Assembly: GCA_043228905.1 (NCBI GenBank) | Contig: JBHGNT010000006.1 | Location: 5,580,001-5,644,000, forward strand | DNA: 64,000 nt | Source of the DNA: Azolla caroliniana | Lineage: Eukaryota > Plantae > Polypodiophyta | Reading direction: 5' to 3' | Part shown: piece after piece, positions 36,490 through 48,072 of the stretch | Position numbering within the stretch: position 1 is the first letter of the stretch | How the letters are laid out: each line of letters opens with the position of its first letter | Made by a program: the position numbers and the translations under genes | The notes under the pieces: generated by a model | What the model saw: the letters and a program-made list of their open reading frames with translations, nothing else | Databases searched by the model: none | What the model was told of the DNA's origin: nothing

Positions 36490-38566
36490 ACATCCCGTTC
36501 CGATATCTGTAATATTTGTTTGTGATTGTTGCATCGTATCATTCTTCTTTTGTTTTTTATTTATTTTGGTTAAGGAAACTTGTATATGATTACTCTTGTA
36601 AATGTTTTAGAGGGTTGGTCAGTGTGGTAGTGGATTGTTGATTGATTCACAACACCAGGGATTTATTTCATGCATGTAAATTATGTAGTTAAAGTTTCTC
36701 CGTTTGAAATATGATGTGCTTTTGGTCCAATGTTTATACCAGGATGTTTTATTTATAATTATCAAGTGATGGTTGAGATTTAGATGGGTGGTGGTAAGAA
36801 ACATGCCTTGAGCTCTTGTAGTATTTTCCCTAGGGAATTGGAATATTTCATGTTTTCATTCACATCTAGTTACCATTTCCTAAAGAGCTCACTATCTAAA
36901 TAATGGCAGTAATTTCCATCCCTAACCATGAATTGGTAGGGTTCTTGTAGTTACTCCACGTCTACAAATGGGGTTCTTCTAAAAGCAAATAAAAACAGAA
37001 TTAGGAATTGGTATTTATGTTGGTAAAGCTAGGAATAAGTCAAGAAGCATTTCCTAGAGGCATAAATGACCTCAAAGAACTCCCATCTTAGTGATTGCAA
37101 GGATAGACTAGACTTTGTCCCCTTCTAGTTGTGAATTGATGTCTTCATGGTTTTATTATTCCTGCAATTGAGTAGCAATGTATGTGGATCACAACGATAG
37201 GGATATATGAAATAACTTAAGTGTTAGTAGTTCCTCATCTAATGTTTATTAGATTCAATAAACCCCTACTAAATGAGAGTTTATGGTGCTTTTTCAAGAA
37301 GTTTGATCTATTCATTTGTAGTGTTATAAGGTATATTTTGAGTGATGTTTTTTGTGATGGTTAATTTCTTCATACAAAGATCAATTTCACTTAATTTAAC
37401 CATTGTCTTTATGTATAATTATAGCTTTCAAACAAAGTTGTTCCTTTCCTAGTCAAGTAGATGTAAATGATCACTACATGAAATTATTGAGTTATGAATG
37501 CCATGCTGACCATAGATGTAACAAGTTCCTTGCCAATGGTTGGCTCTCTTCTTATTGGGTTTAGGCGATGGTTTGAAGATGTCTTGCACATCAATTTGTT
37601 AGTTTCATTTCAACTTGTTGACATAATTATTTCTCACTCTAAAGGAGTCATAAAGATACATATGGGGCATAATAAATTGCATATATCAAATAATTCTTGG
37701 CGTATATAGAGTTGCTTCAATCTTGGAGATTTCTCATGGACTATGATATACTAAGATGTAATAAAACAAATGTGTTGTGAAATGCGTTAGCACCTTTTAT
37801 ACATGAAGTTTTATGTAAATATTTTTCTTCATGCAAATGAATGGTGATTTGATTTGATTGATTTTGAGCGTTCTGACTAGCAATCTAAGGTGCCACTAAA
37901 GAAATAAATAGACATTTCACAAATACTAAGGTGTGGTCCTAAAAGTTGCATTTGAGGTGTCTATGCCAAAAATGCTTGCTTCTACATAAAATATGAAGTT
38001 ATGTACATGAGAAGGGAAATTAGGAAGGGGTATAGTATCGTAGAAGAGGAAGTTGAGAAACTTGCCAAACATAACAAACATGTACAAGTGAATAATAAGC
38101 ACATATTAGACCAAATGCCAAAGGAACCGATAAAAAGTGTTGAAATAGTTTTACATCTAAGGATTTTTAGATGTTACCAAAGATATGTGGACTGTCTATA
38201 CTTGTTGAAATAGTTTCTTATTGAATCAACGACTCTTCTTGTGCAATCATGTTGAATAGTGTGAAACTTGAAAAGGACACAAATACACTTGACTAATTGC
38301 AAACTTGAGGATATTTCGAAAGAATGAAATAGTTTGTTTACACAATTGATGATTTCAACCCTAAACTCCTTCAAGAAGAATAAAATAAACCATGGTTCTA
38401 GAGATAGAAGTTTCCAAGCAAGGATAAACTCAAGGGTTAAAAAACAAGTCTTCAGTTGACGAAAAGAAATTGTCATAATAAATACTAAGAAAATGGAGGT
38501 CTCAAGTGAAGAAAATAATGTAAATAGATGTAGCTAGTATCTTTTGATGTGAATAAATGTATGATC

Positions 38567-39211
38567 CATAGACTGAACCATACGTATCATACGTGCATTT
38601 GCATTCGAGAATGGTTCAATAAAACATGTATGGTAAATCATCTCGAAGTTGGATTGGATTGACTATGGTCTATATTATATATTGATTCACTCTCAATCCC
38701 AATAAGTCGACTCTAATCCATTGTGAACCACCAACATAAGTATGGTTGCAATATTTGCATTGTATCACATGCATACGTTTGGGATGCTTCTTAAGAATCA
38801 AGACATCTCTATAATCCTCACTTTAGAACTTTACAAAAAAATGAGTATGAACTATAGAGATTGAATCAAAATATGTCATTATAAATTATAATCAAATGTT
38901 CAAAAACTCATAAAACGTATATTCGAGAATATGAAGAAAACATGACATAGGCAGTAGTTGCATAATAACTTACCACTAGGGTGAGCTAATTTCTAATAAC
39001 AAAGACAAAAAAAAGGAACATGACACTAACATAAAATTTTGCCATGACATGACACTAACGAGAGGATATGAGGAATTGAACCCAAGACATAAGCAATAGT
39101 AGCATGACAACATAAAAGGAGCACGCATTTTTCCCTTTTCAAACGTGTTCGTTTTCAAACGTTTGAATGCTTGCACGAACACGTTTATTACGTTCTATGA
39201 ATGTATCTATG
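38567..39211. mobile_element. Degenerate hAT-like MITE related to 508-740
   Basis: CATAGA/TCTATG ends; the left end shares gcattcgagaatg.ttcaat...ctcgaagt with 540-592. No clean TSD. Confidence 0.45.
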
Positions 39212-39235
39212 GTAGTGCTTGTTGGAAGCTCTATT

Positions 39236-40007
39236 CATTTTTTATTTTTTATTTTTAAAACAAAACTACACCATACTTTCCATGACCAATCCAATAAGCG
39301 TATACAAAGTATATAATGATACAATCTAGTGGAGGGTAAGATAAGAGAGAAAGGTATATCCCCCACTATGTCATAATTGAAACCAAACTCCACCTATGGA
39401 GGAAACAACCATTGAGGGGTTACATATTGCCAAAACCGTTTGGTCATTTCTCTCCACAAATACGAACAACAAATCTTTCCATTTGCCTTTAAAGGATTGT
39501 TGTTTCAGAAAAATGAAGGAGTCATATTGACCTTTTAAAATTCAAATAAGCATCGACCAAATTTCCTTCACACAATGAACAAGATTATGCTTTATTTGCT
39601 GAAACACAATTTTGCATCGATCTTTTCAAATATTCCACAGAACCACCGATGATATCTTAGCCCATATTGCGGCATCCACATTCAACCGATTTGAGCTTGA
39701 ACATGGTATGGCCTTAACTTGCCTTCCCCTAGTTTGAAAGGTAAATAGTATCTTTTCCCTTTCATAATTATGCTTATCCACATTTACATCCATCCAAAAG
39801 ACATTTCTCCATGTAATCACATTAGGTCCATATGCAACATCAATGAGTTGCAACATACGTTTCCAAACAAAATATGCAGCCATACCGTTCCATAAGGCAT
39901 GTTGCATTCATTCCAAATGAAACCCACAAAACGAGCAAGTTTTAATTCCCACTTCCCTATGCATCCATTCTAAGACTAGAATCATACATACACCACATTT
40001 ATTTTCT
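39236..40007 (-). pseudogene. Old L1 3' fragment, same family as 7200-9513, split by the young L1
   Basis: Reverse complement matches 9330-9513 (gcaaataaagca..cattgtgtgaaggaaa; cctccactagattgtat..ttattggattggt) plus a degenerate T-tract. It appears to continue at 46486-46575. Confidence 0.75.
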
Positions 40008-40489
40008 AACTATCCACATGCCTGATACTTGCTTCGATGGCGGGAGCAAACGCAGCAGAACAGGGCGCGCAGGCATGGCGTGAAGGAGCAGGAGCGGGTG
40101 CACGCTGAGGAACGCGCGCGCTACCCAACAGAGCCAGAGGCGCCAACTGCTGTCCAAGCCGTCACACTGGAGAACTGCAGGTAATAAGCAGCAGCGCGTT
40201 GGCGGGAGCAAACGCAGCAGAGCGTGGAGTGGGAGCAACAGGAAAAGGCGTGCAGGAGCAGGAGTAGGTGCACACTGAGGAACACGCGCGCTGTCCAACA
40301 GAGAAAGAGGAGGAGCACAACGCCAATTGCTGTCCAGGTACTCTCACACACAATCCTCCCTCCCTCCCCCAACCAGAAAACGCAAAGTAACACACAAAAA
40401 AAAAAAAAAAAAAAAAAAAAAAACACAAAACAAAGGGGAAAGGGAAGAACAACACATACAACCTAGGCTCGCAAGACACATAACTCGCT

Positions 40490-41959
40490 ATGATGGGAGG
40501 AATCGAGCTTCCACCAGCGCCCAATTTGCTCGATGAAGAAGATGGATCAGATCTCGCCATTACCCTGTCCCCCGAGGCTAACCGTGTCTTAGCGGAAGAA
40601 ATCGAACGCCTACGGCGTACCTCCTTCGTATGTAGGTTTCTGGCAGGTAGACCAAGTCGGGGCATGGTTCGGGACATGTTTCAGGTGGCTGTGTTGGAGA
40701 ACATGCCGGTAATCAAGAGTGTCAGGGGTTTAGGGAAAAACTTCTTCCACATTGAATTAGGTAATGACTCGCTGGCGCAGCCATTGGTCGAGCTCAAGGT
40801 ACTCGAACTGAAGTACGGCAAGGTGTTGCTCCAACCATGGTCACCAGGGTTCAATCCGATCGAAGAGTTACGGAAACTCAACAACCCTAGGGTGATCACC
40901 GCAACATTTCCTGGCCTCCCTCCACATTTGTACCATCTGCTCCCTCTTTTTGGCGAACAAGTAGGAATGATATGCCCTCAAAAAGCGTCAATGGCAGACA
41001 CAGTCGCAGAGGTGCCCAAGTTGCGTATCTTGGTGCCTTCCCTCCATGGACTTCCATCAAGGATTAGACTCTACTCTGAGGAGTTAGGCCTCACAGTGGT
41101 AAAAGTGGTTTTTGAGGGACTCCCGGGGCAGTGTTTCATTTGCAAACAGACAGGACACCTAGCTAAGGAGTGTCCTCGTAAGATTGGAAAGGGAAGCTCG
41201 GGACCACGACCCTCGGGCAAAGTCGGGACATCCAAGGGTGAAGAAGCTCCTTGGCTACCCGTTAAGAAGAAGGGGAAACTTGGAGGCCTAGGTGCCCCCT
41301 CTCCCGCCCTCTTTCATGACCTCCCCCTTGAAAGAAGTCCTGCCACCTTGTCACCAGCAAGCGTGGACGAGCAACCCTTGAAACGAGTAAAGATCCTCTC
41401 CGGGAGTGCCAAGGCACCCGACCTACAGGTGAGAGCTACCAACAGATTTACACTTCTTCAAGGGTTAGGGGATGGCGACCCAGCAACGCTGGCAGCAATG
41501 CTGTCCCCGTGTGACTCCTCACGCCTTCCCCCGCGGGAGCCCGAACTCGTGTTCTCCACCCCGATGGAGATGCAACCCCAACTTGTACCGTCCACCCCGG
41601 AAGAGAAGCTGGCACAACCCCCCCTCCCGGTGGAGCGGGAATGTGGTAGTGGCCTCAGATTAGTGAAATCGTGGATCCGGACGGGCAAGCTCAAGGACAA
41701 AGAAAAGGGTAAGATAGGAAGACCAACACCTGGTTTGGCGACGACTCTGTTAGATAGAGGGGTGCAAGTTGTGCCACCGCTTCGGAGCACAAATGTATCG
41801 CGGGATCTATTTGAAGCGGGTCGAGAACGACCGGCTGAGAATCTTGTAGGGGATTTGCAGCCTGCAGTGGAGACCATACCCCCCGAAACAGGTGTTAGTT
41901 TGCCCCATGACATGGAGATCGGCCCGAACATGGGCGCCAACGTCACCGTTTTCGGATGA
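40490..41959 (+). CDS. LINE ORF1p (DUF4283-like region and CCHC zinc knuckle), 489 aa
   Basis: GLGKNFFHIEL...LLQPWSPGFNP; CFICKQTGHLAKEC knuckle; stop overlaps the ORF2 start (ATGA). Confidence 0.92.
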   Translation: MMGGIELPPAPNLLDEEDGSDLAITLSPEANRVLAEEIERLRRTSFVCRFLAGRPSRGMVRDMFQVAVLENMPVIKSVRGLGKNFFHIELGNDSLAQPLVELKVLELKYGKVLLQPWSPGFNPIEELRKLNNPRVITATFPGLPPHLYHLLPLFGEQVGMICPQKASMADTVAEVPKLRILVPSLHGLPSRIRLYSEELGLTVVKVVFEGLPGQCFICKQTGHLAKECPRKIGKGSSGPRPSGKVGTSKGEEAPWLPVKKKGKLGGLGAPSPALFHDLPLERSPATLSPASVDEQPLKRVKILSGSAKAPDLQVRATNRFTLLQGLGDGDPATLAAMLSPCDSSRLPPREPELVFSTPMEMQPQLVPSTPEEKLAQPPLPVERECGSGLRLVKSWIRTGKLKDKEKGKIGRPTPGLATTLLDRGVQVVPPLRSTNVSRDLFEAGRERPAENLVGDLQPAVETIPPETGVSLPHDMEIGPNMGANVTVFG

Positions 41960-44900
41960 GGATCCTAACGTGGAATGTACAGGGCCTTGGTGGAGGCCGA
42001 CAACACCAAGAGTGTAGAAGACTTCAGGAGGAGTTGAATCCCCTTAATATAGGGGGCCATATTGACATATTGCTTTTGCAGGAACACCACCTCTCGCAAG
42101 AGCGAACTCAGAGCTTAGTAAACCCCCTGTCGGGTGGGTGGACCACATGGTGGTCGGCTGCGCAGGGTGACCTCCACCGAAGAGGAGGGGTCTGCATCTC
42201 GATCAGCGATAAGGCCCGATACGAAGTAACATCATCTGGCACGCTGGTGGAGGGTCGGGCCTTATACGTGCTTCTGAAATGGAATCGCCTACAGATTGGG
42301 GTGCTAAACATTTATGCCCCTAACTCAGCCCCCGAGAGAGCAATCTTTTGGAGGATGCTCGCGACAACATTACCTAATGTCGAGGCTTGGGTAATGGCAG
42401 GTGATTTCAACATGACTGAACACATGGGAGATAGGAAAGGAGGGACCCGGAGGCCTATTTATGGTGCGGAGCTGGATTCATGGGCTTTCCTAATTGGCAA
42501 AATCGGGGTGAAGGATACATGGGGCTCTTCCCTTAGGCGAAGCTCACATTCGCTGCACTTTTCTAGAGCCGCCGGGAATGCTAGGGGCGGTAGTCTTGCA
42601 CGGCTAGACCGCATATACATCAGCTCATCCCTCGAAGAGCTCGGGGGCTCCTTTGCTATCTTGGCAGGCCTTACCTTTTCAGATCATCAGCCGGTGAGAC
42701 TAGACCTTAACCCACCCAACGATAGCAAGGGCAGTCTCAATGTAAAGATCCCCATAAAGATCATGAAGAGTGAAGAGGTGAAGGCCGGTTTACAGAGTAT
42801 ATGGCAGGACACCATGGGCAGTAAATCAGCCAGCGAAGATCTGCAGAAAAAATTGGCCCGCTCGTCCTCCTTTTTACAACAAGAGACCAAGCGCGCCCTC
42901 CAACAGGTTAGAGCCATTGAAACAAAATTAAGGAAGGCCGTTGCGGCAGCGCAACGGCTGTTACAGGTAGACCCTGGTTGCAAATGGTCTAGAGCTAAAC
43001 TAGAGGAAGCAAAGATGAAGGTACAAGAAAGGACTTTGGAGAAGAACCGAATGCTGTTTCGAAGAAACGCAGCATGGTGGGCTAGAAAAGACGACAAGGT
43101 CAACCGACATTTCTTTCACTACAAGGCACCCAAGGGTGGTGGTGGACGTATACACGAGCTGCGAAAACCAGACGGCTCAATAACGGAGGACAAGACTGAG
43201 GTTCTGGAAATGGCAACACAATATTATCGTGACCTCCTCGCACCTACGCATGTGCGGCAAAACTCGGAGCTGGCTGATCGAGTGATGTCTTGCATTCACC
43301 CCAAGGTAACCCAAGAGATGGAAGTTGTGCTCGATAGTCCCATCTCTCGTTTAGAGCTCTCGGAGGCACTTAGGGGATTGCGAAGGGGTGCATGCCCCGG
43401 TCCCGATGGTCTCTCACGAGATTTCTTCGAGATTCATTGGGAATGTGTTATCCCGTCCTTGGAAGCCGGGTTCCAAGAGATTTGGTCCTCAGGAAAGATG
43501 CCGAATGGTCTGGCTGAGGGGATGATATATCTCATCCCCAAATCCCAAGAGCGAAGCCTAGAGTTGCGCCAATGGCGTCCAATCACGATCCTTAACACGG
43601 CATACAAGATACTCGCTAAAGTCCTTGCTCAGCGATTAGCAAGCTTCTTACCGGACATCATACACGACAATCAAACTGGGTTTGTCAAGAACAGGTGTAT
43701 CTTTGATAATGTGTTGCTTCTTTGGGAAGCTATGGCATTGGCCGGGTGCTCCGTATCGAGCTCGGCTATTCTGATGCTAGACTTTGAGAAGGCATACGAT
43801 AGAGTGTTATGGCCCTTCTTGGAAAATGTGATGAGAGCTTTGGGCCTACCTCAAAAATGGAGGAATTGCACTTCTGCACTCTATCGGACAGCTACGAGTA
43901 GCGTGCTGATGGCTGGATCTAGGGGACCCGCCTTCCAACTACAACGCTCAGTGAGGCAAGGCTGTCCCCTAGCCCCATATCTCTATCTCTTTATAACCGA
44001 GGCTTTCTCCGCCTACTTACAAGCACCAACTAGCGGGTTGCGGGGATTGCCCATCCCCAATGCGACTGAAGATTTGCTGTTATCTGAATATGCCGACGAT
44101 ACGGTTCTTTTCTTGCAAGGTGATGAGGAGAATTTACAGCGGGCTGAACATCTTGTCGAGGACTTTTGTCAAGCGGCTGGTGCCAAGATCAATTGGAATA
44201 AAACCCAAGGTCTATGGTTCAGCGAACAGGAGACACCAAGATGGCAACCCCATGCCGATTTTACGTGGGTCCCTAGTGGGACGACTTTCAAGTACCTTGG
44301 ATTTACGATGGGGAGGTCAATCCCCAAGGGAGCTCAATTGGCCCACGTACAAGCCAAAATAAGTAAGAAGCTGAACCAGTGGAGTAGATCAAAATTGTCC
44401 TTCGCTGGTAGGGTCCTTGTGGCGAACCAAGTGCTGCTCGCTACCATGTGGCACTCAGTCTCATGCTGGATTATGGACCCTGCAGGTTTGCACGCGATTA
44501 AGGCTGCCATTAGGGGGTTTATATGGTCAGGTAAGGACAACCCACGGGCTGCCGCCAGAGTCTCATGGTGTTGGTTAACGCAACCGCGGGCCAAAGGGGG
44601 GCTTGGCCTCATAGACCCCTTAATGCAGAGTCGTGCATTGCTGGCTAAAATGGTGGTTCGCTGCCTCCTGCCAGGTAAGGGGTGCTGGAAGGTACTTCTT
44701 CGCAACAGGCTGCAAGTAGGGACTCCCAAGTATGGTAGGCCTTGGCCCGACTCCTTGAATTGGTGCTGCACGAGTGGAGTCCCACCCAGGCTGGCTTGCC
44801 ATCCGGAGGATAGGGTCACGAACTCCATCTTGCGGGCATGGTGCCATATACGACAACATTTGGTCAAGCACACCCCGGAAACAGTGGCCGAATGGACTAG

Positions 44901-46269
44901 ACAGCCACTATTCTGGAATCCTCATGTGCGAACGAATGACAACGCGATGCTAGGGCAACTTAAGGGCCTAGCATGGGGAAAGTTGGCACAAACAGGCCTC
45001 CTATCTATAGACGATTGGAGACGCATGGCTGATTCAGGAAGAGCCCAAGAGGTCCTTTTCCCCCCCCTCAAGGGAGCTACGAAAATGCGGAGACTGATAG
45101 CTGAGGCAGTTGACAGGGTTCTGATGGGGGTGGCGAGAGAACATGCATGGTTCGGTCTCTTTGACGAGGCTGGAATGGTCAAGGCGCTAAAGGGCATGAG
45201 CGGATCGGGGAGTGATACAGTTTTTGGGGACAGCCAGAGCAGCGGCTCTTGGCACCCAATCCGAGTGGTGGCACAGATTGATAACATCTGGAAGACAGAC
45301 CCGGATGTTGCTACGGTGGAACCCCATTGGAGGTTAAGGGTATACGGTTGTCGTCCCCTTGTCGATCTGGATTGGGACCCCGGGGATTTCAGATGGAAAC
45401 ATGACGATAGACTCCACCACTTCTTCGATTACACCACTAAATTGGGGCGGACTTTGCAACTGCAGCGAGGCGACCCCCTTCGCAACGGCTGGCGAACATT
45501 GGGCATCCCCAATGAGGCGCTCATTGCCTTTTGGAAGGGTCTTTGGCGTCTCCACATGCCTGAAAAGATCAAGCTCTTTTGGTGGCAGATCGGTCATAAT
45601 GTGGTGCCCGTTGGCGAATGGTTAGATAAACGGGGCGGCCCGTTAGGCTGCCCACTGTGCTCTCTACCTAATGAGTCTCTGAGACATTGTTTGTGGGATT
45701 GCCCTCAAGCTCAAAAGGTATGGGATAGAGTGACTCGCCTCCTTGTGGCATGTGACGTTGAAGGAACAGCCTCGTGGAGCGCTGCGGCATGGATTGATCA
45801 CTCGGTCGAAGGGTGGACGGACGCCGTCAATGCGGATAGTTGGTGCTATGTATGCACGAGAGGCAAAATCGTCAAGATCCGTTTTGAAAGAGGCTTGCAG
45901 CCCGCATCCCCTAGGTTTCCGGAAATCTGGTTGTTGATCGCAGGTTTCACCTTGTGGTATATATGGAAAGCGCGTTGCCTCAAGGTCTTCCAAGGTACGG
46001 TACGCCCCCCGGAGGAAGTGATCATGGACATATGGTTCGCGCTTATCAGCTGCCTACGAGGGCAACTAGAAGAGATCTACAGCCACTCCAACGACGTGAC
46101 CACTGCCCGTTTGCGCTTTTGGCAGAAATGGCGGAACACACCTATGGTGATGCAAGGCGGGAGTGGCCCGAGGTGGAACTACCAGCCCCCACGCTGGTTG
46201 TTTCCTATTCACCTGCCACCCTCTTTTCGGTGTAGGCCCCAAGAGCCGACTCGTACGAGGCCACATTGA
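41956..46269 (+). CDS. LINE ORF2p (APE endonuclease, RT, zf-RVT), 1437 aa
   Basis: ILTWNVQG, LQE, GDFN, RLDR, SDH (endonuclease); WRPITILN, LDFEKAYD, VRQGCPL, YADD (RT); CPLC..ESLRHCLWDC (zinc finger). Confidence 0.97.
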   Translation: MRILTWNVQGLGGGRQHQECRRLQEELNPLNIGGHIDILLLQEHHLSQERTQSLVNPLSGGWTTWWSAAQGDLHRRGGVCISISDKARYEVTSSGTLVEGRALYVLLKWNRLQIGVLNIYAPNSAPERAIFWRMLATTLPNVEAWVMAGDFNMTEHMGDRKGGTRRPIYGAELDSWAFLIGKIGVKDTWGSSLRRSSHSLHFSRAAGNARGGSLARLDRIYISSSLEELGGSFAILAGLTFSDHQPVRLDLNPPNDSKGSLNVKIPIKIMKSEEVKAGLQSIWQDTMGSKSASEDLQKKLARSSSFLQQETKRALQQVRAIETKLRKAVAAAQRLLQVDPGCKWSRAKLEEAKMKVQERTLEKNRMLFRRNAAWWARKDDKVNRHFFHYKAPKGGGGRIHELRKPDGSITEDKTEVLEMATQYYRDLLAPTHVRQNSELADRVMSCIHPKVTQEMEVVLDSPISRLELSEALRGLRRGACPGPDGLSRDFFEIHWECVIPSLEAGFQEIWSSGKMPNGLAEGMIYLIPKSQERSLELRQWRPITILNTAYKILAKVLAQRLASFLPDIIHDNQTGFVKNRCIFDNVLLLWEAMALAGCSVSSSAILMLDFEKAYDRVLWPFLENVMRALGLPQKWRNCTSALYRTATSSVLMAGSRGPAFQLQRSVRQGCPLAPYLYLFITEAFSAYLQAPTSGLRGLPIPNATEDLLLSEYADDTVLFLQGDEENLQRAEHLVEDFCQAAGAKINWNKTQGLWFSEQETPRWQPHADFTWVPSGTTFKYLGFTMGRSIPKGAQLAHVQAKISKKLNQWSRSKLSFAGRVLVANQVLLATMWHSVSCWIMDPAGLHAIKAAIRGFIWSGKDNPRAAARVSWCWLTQPRAKGGLGLIDPLMQSRALLAKMVVRCLLPGKGCWKVLLRNRLQVGTPKYGRPWPDSLNWCCTSGVPPRLACHPEDRVTNSILRAWCHIRQHLVKHTPETVAEWTRQPLFWNPHVRTNDNAMLGQLKGLAWGKLAQTGLLSIDDWRRMADSGRAQEVLFPPLKGATKMRRLIAEAVDRVLMGVAREHAWFGLFDEAGMVKALKGMSGSGSDTVFGDSQSSGSWHPIRVVAQIDNIWKTDPDVATVEPHWRLRVYGCRPLVDLDWDPGDFRWKHDDRLHHFFDYTTKLGRTLQLQRGDPLRNGWRTLGIPNEALIAFWKGLWRLHMPEKIKLFWWQIGHNVVPVGEWLDKRGGPLGCPLCSLPNESLRHCLWDCPQAQKVWDRVTRLLVACDVEGTASWSAAAWIDHSVEGWTDAVNADSWCYVCTRGKIVKIRFERGLQPASPRFPEIWLLIAGFTLWYIWKARCLKVFQGTVRPPEEVIMDIWFALISCLRGQLEEIYSHSNDVTTARLRFWQKWRNTPMVMQGGSGPRWNYQPPRWLFPIHLPPSFRCRPQEPTRTRPH

Positions 46270-46443
46270 AGGGCATTGCCTTGGATATAGGTAGCTTCTT
46301 ACATTAAGTTAGGCCGCAAGGCAATGTAAGTGGCTCATCTTCTTTGGCTTGATCGGAGGAAGTCTCCCCGATGTGTGTATAAATTTCCTTATAGACTCTA
46401 TGTAATAATCCTTCCTAACTAATGGGAAAGTAGCTTTACTTTG

Positions 46444-46474
<31 letters not shown>

Positions 46475-48072
46475 ATCCACATGCCGGAATCCAATAATGC
46501 CTCCAATCACCACTAAGCATATTACCATAAGATTGTATTTTACTTGCATCTAAATGAAGCTCTATTCAATTGATCAGTTATTGCACTTACTAATTGTTGA
46601 AATTAGGGCAAACTTAACTTTGACCTACTAACTCGAGACCGACAAAAGCATTATAGGAAAGAATGGCAAGTTGTCGATAAGAACAAAACAAATATACACA
46701 ACATTCAAAGATGGATATAATAAAACAAGAAAGAGGGCAAAATAATGAATAATAGCATGATAGATATGCATACACATCATGAAAAGAATTAAGATGATAG
46801 AGACTCAAAGTACAATGACTAAGGTGTTAGCTTCATTATTCACAATAGTAAGTACAATACAATGTACATGATTGTTTCACAAGAAGACAAACAATATGAA
46901 TGATGAGAACTAAGTCTTGTTCTCTTATAAAATCTTACCATTTAGAGAACTAGATAGGTAGTCCTCGTGCAATGGAAAACTGATATAAATATGTGTGTTT
47001 TATAGGGGTGGGGATAGATGGATTTTACTACCTTCTCCCAAGTTAAATATGACATATGGAACCAAATGTGAACATTTTTACATAGTATGTGTAGAATTGA
47101 CTAGTGATTCTTCATATTCAAGAATTTTACTTATAAACATAGCAAACACCTGGATTGTAAGAGGAATACTCCCACACTTGTTGAAGGCACACTATGTGTT
47201 GTCGAGGAGTCTGTCATTGGGGTGGGGGTGGGAGAGAGAATATATAAAAGATAAAAATTAATAAAATGGTCTTCATCCAATGTTAATAAAGTATAATCAA
47301 AAGTTCACATTTACATGGCGTATTTGGAAATTCCAAGCGTTTCTATTTATAACAATCTCCCAACAAAGGATAAGACACAACTTGGAATTTACAAAATTCA
47401 TCCACACACATATACACGCATGCAAATATCAACAACATTACTTTTAGGCGCTAAGTAGGGATCGGCAATGGCTCGGCTCAAGCTTAAACCGTTTGGCTTA
47501 GCCGGCTTGAAAACGGCTTAGCGGCTTAGCGGCTCGGCTCGGCTCGGTTTAGGCTTGAACTTGCCTTAACGGTTTGAGCTCGGCTCGGCTCGGCTTGAGC
47601 CTCGCCAAACCGGCTCAAGCCGGCTAAGCCGGATAAACCGTTTAAGCCGTTTATAAACTTTAGAGAGGGGGAGAGAGACAACAGACAAGGGGAAAGAGAG
47701 AGAGAGAGTAAGGGAGGGAGAACTACATAGACGAGGAGAGAGAGACAGAGGGAGGGAGACAACATATAAGGAGAGAGAGAGAGAGAGACTACACAAACGA
47801 GGAGAGAGAGAGAGAGGGAGGGAGACAACATATAAGGAGAGAGAGAGAGAGAAAGAAAGAAAGAAAGATATATTAACGTCTTCTAAGGCCAAAATTGGCC
47901 CATGAGACAAATGGTTTACAACAAAAATGGGATATTTACCCATTCATCGAAGTAAAAATAAAAATAAGATGAAAAATAGAGTTTAAGCTAAATAGTTCTA
48001 AAAAATAACAAACATGTTTTATATAGAAACATGTTCTACTACAATGAAAATGGTGTTATACAATTGTTATTT

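Larger units (their letters stand above)
40023..46470 (+). mobile_element. Full-length intact L1-clade LINE
   Basis: Perfect 15-bp TSD AACTATCCACATGCC (40008-40022, 46471-46485), pure poly(A) tail from 46444, two uninterrupted ORFs, GC-rich 5' UTR. Confidence 0.97.

Noticed and set aside
47526-47943. Leu/Ser-rich minus-strand ORFs
   Set aside because: Translations of GA microsatellite and hAT subterminal repeats.
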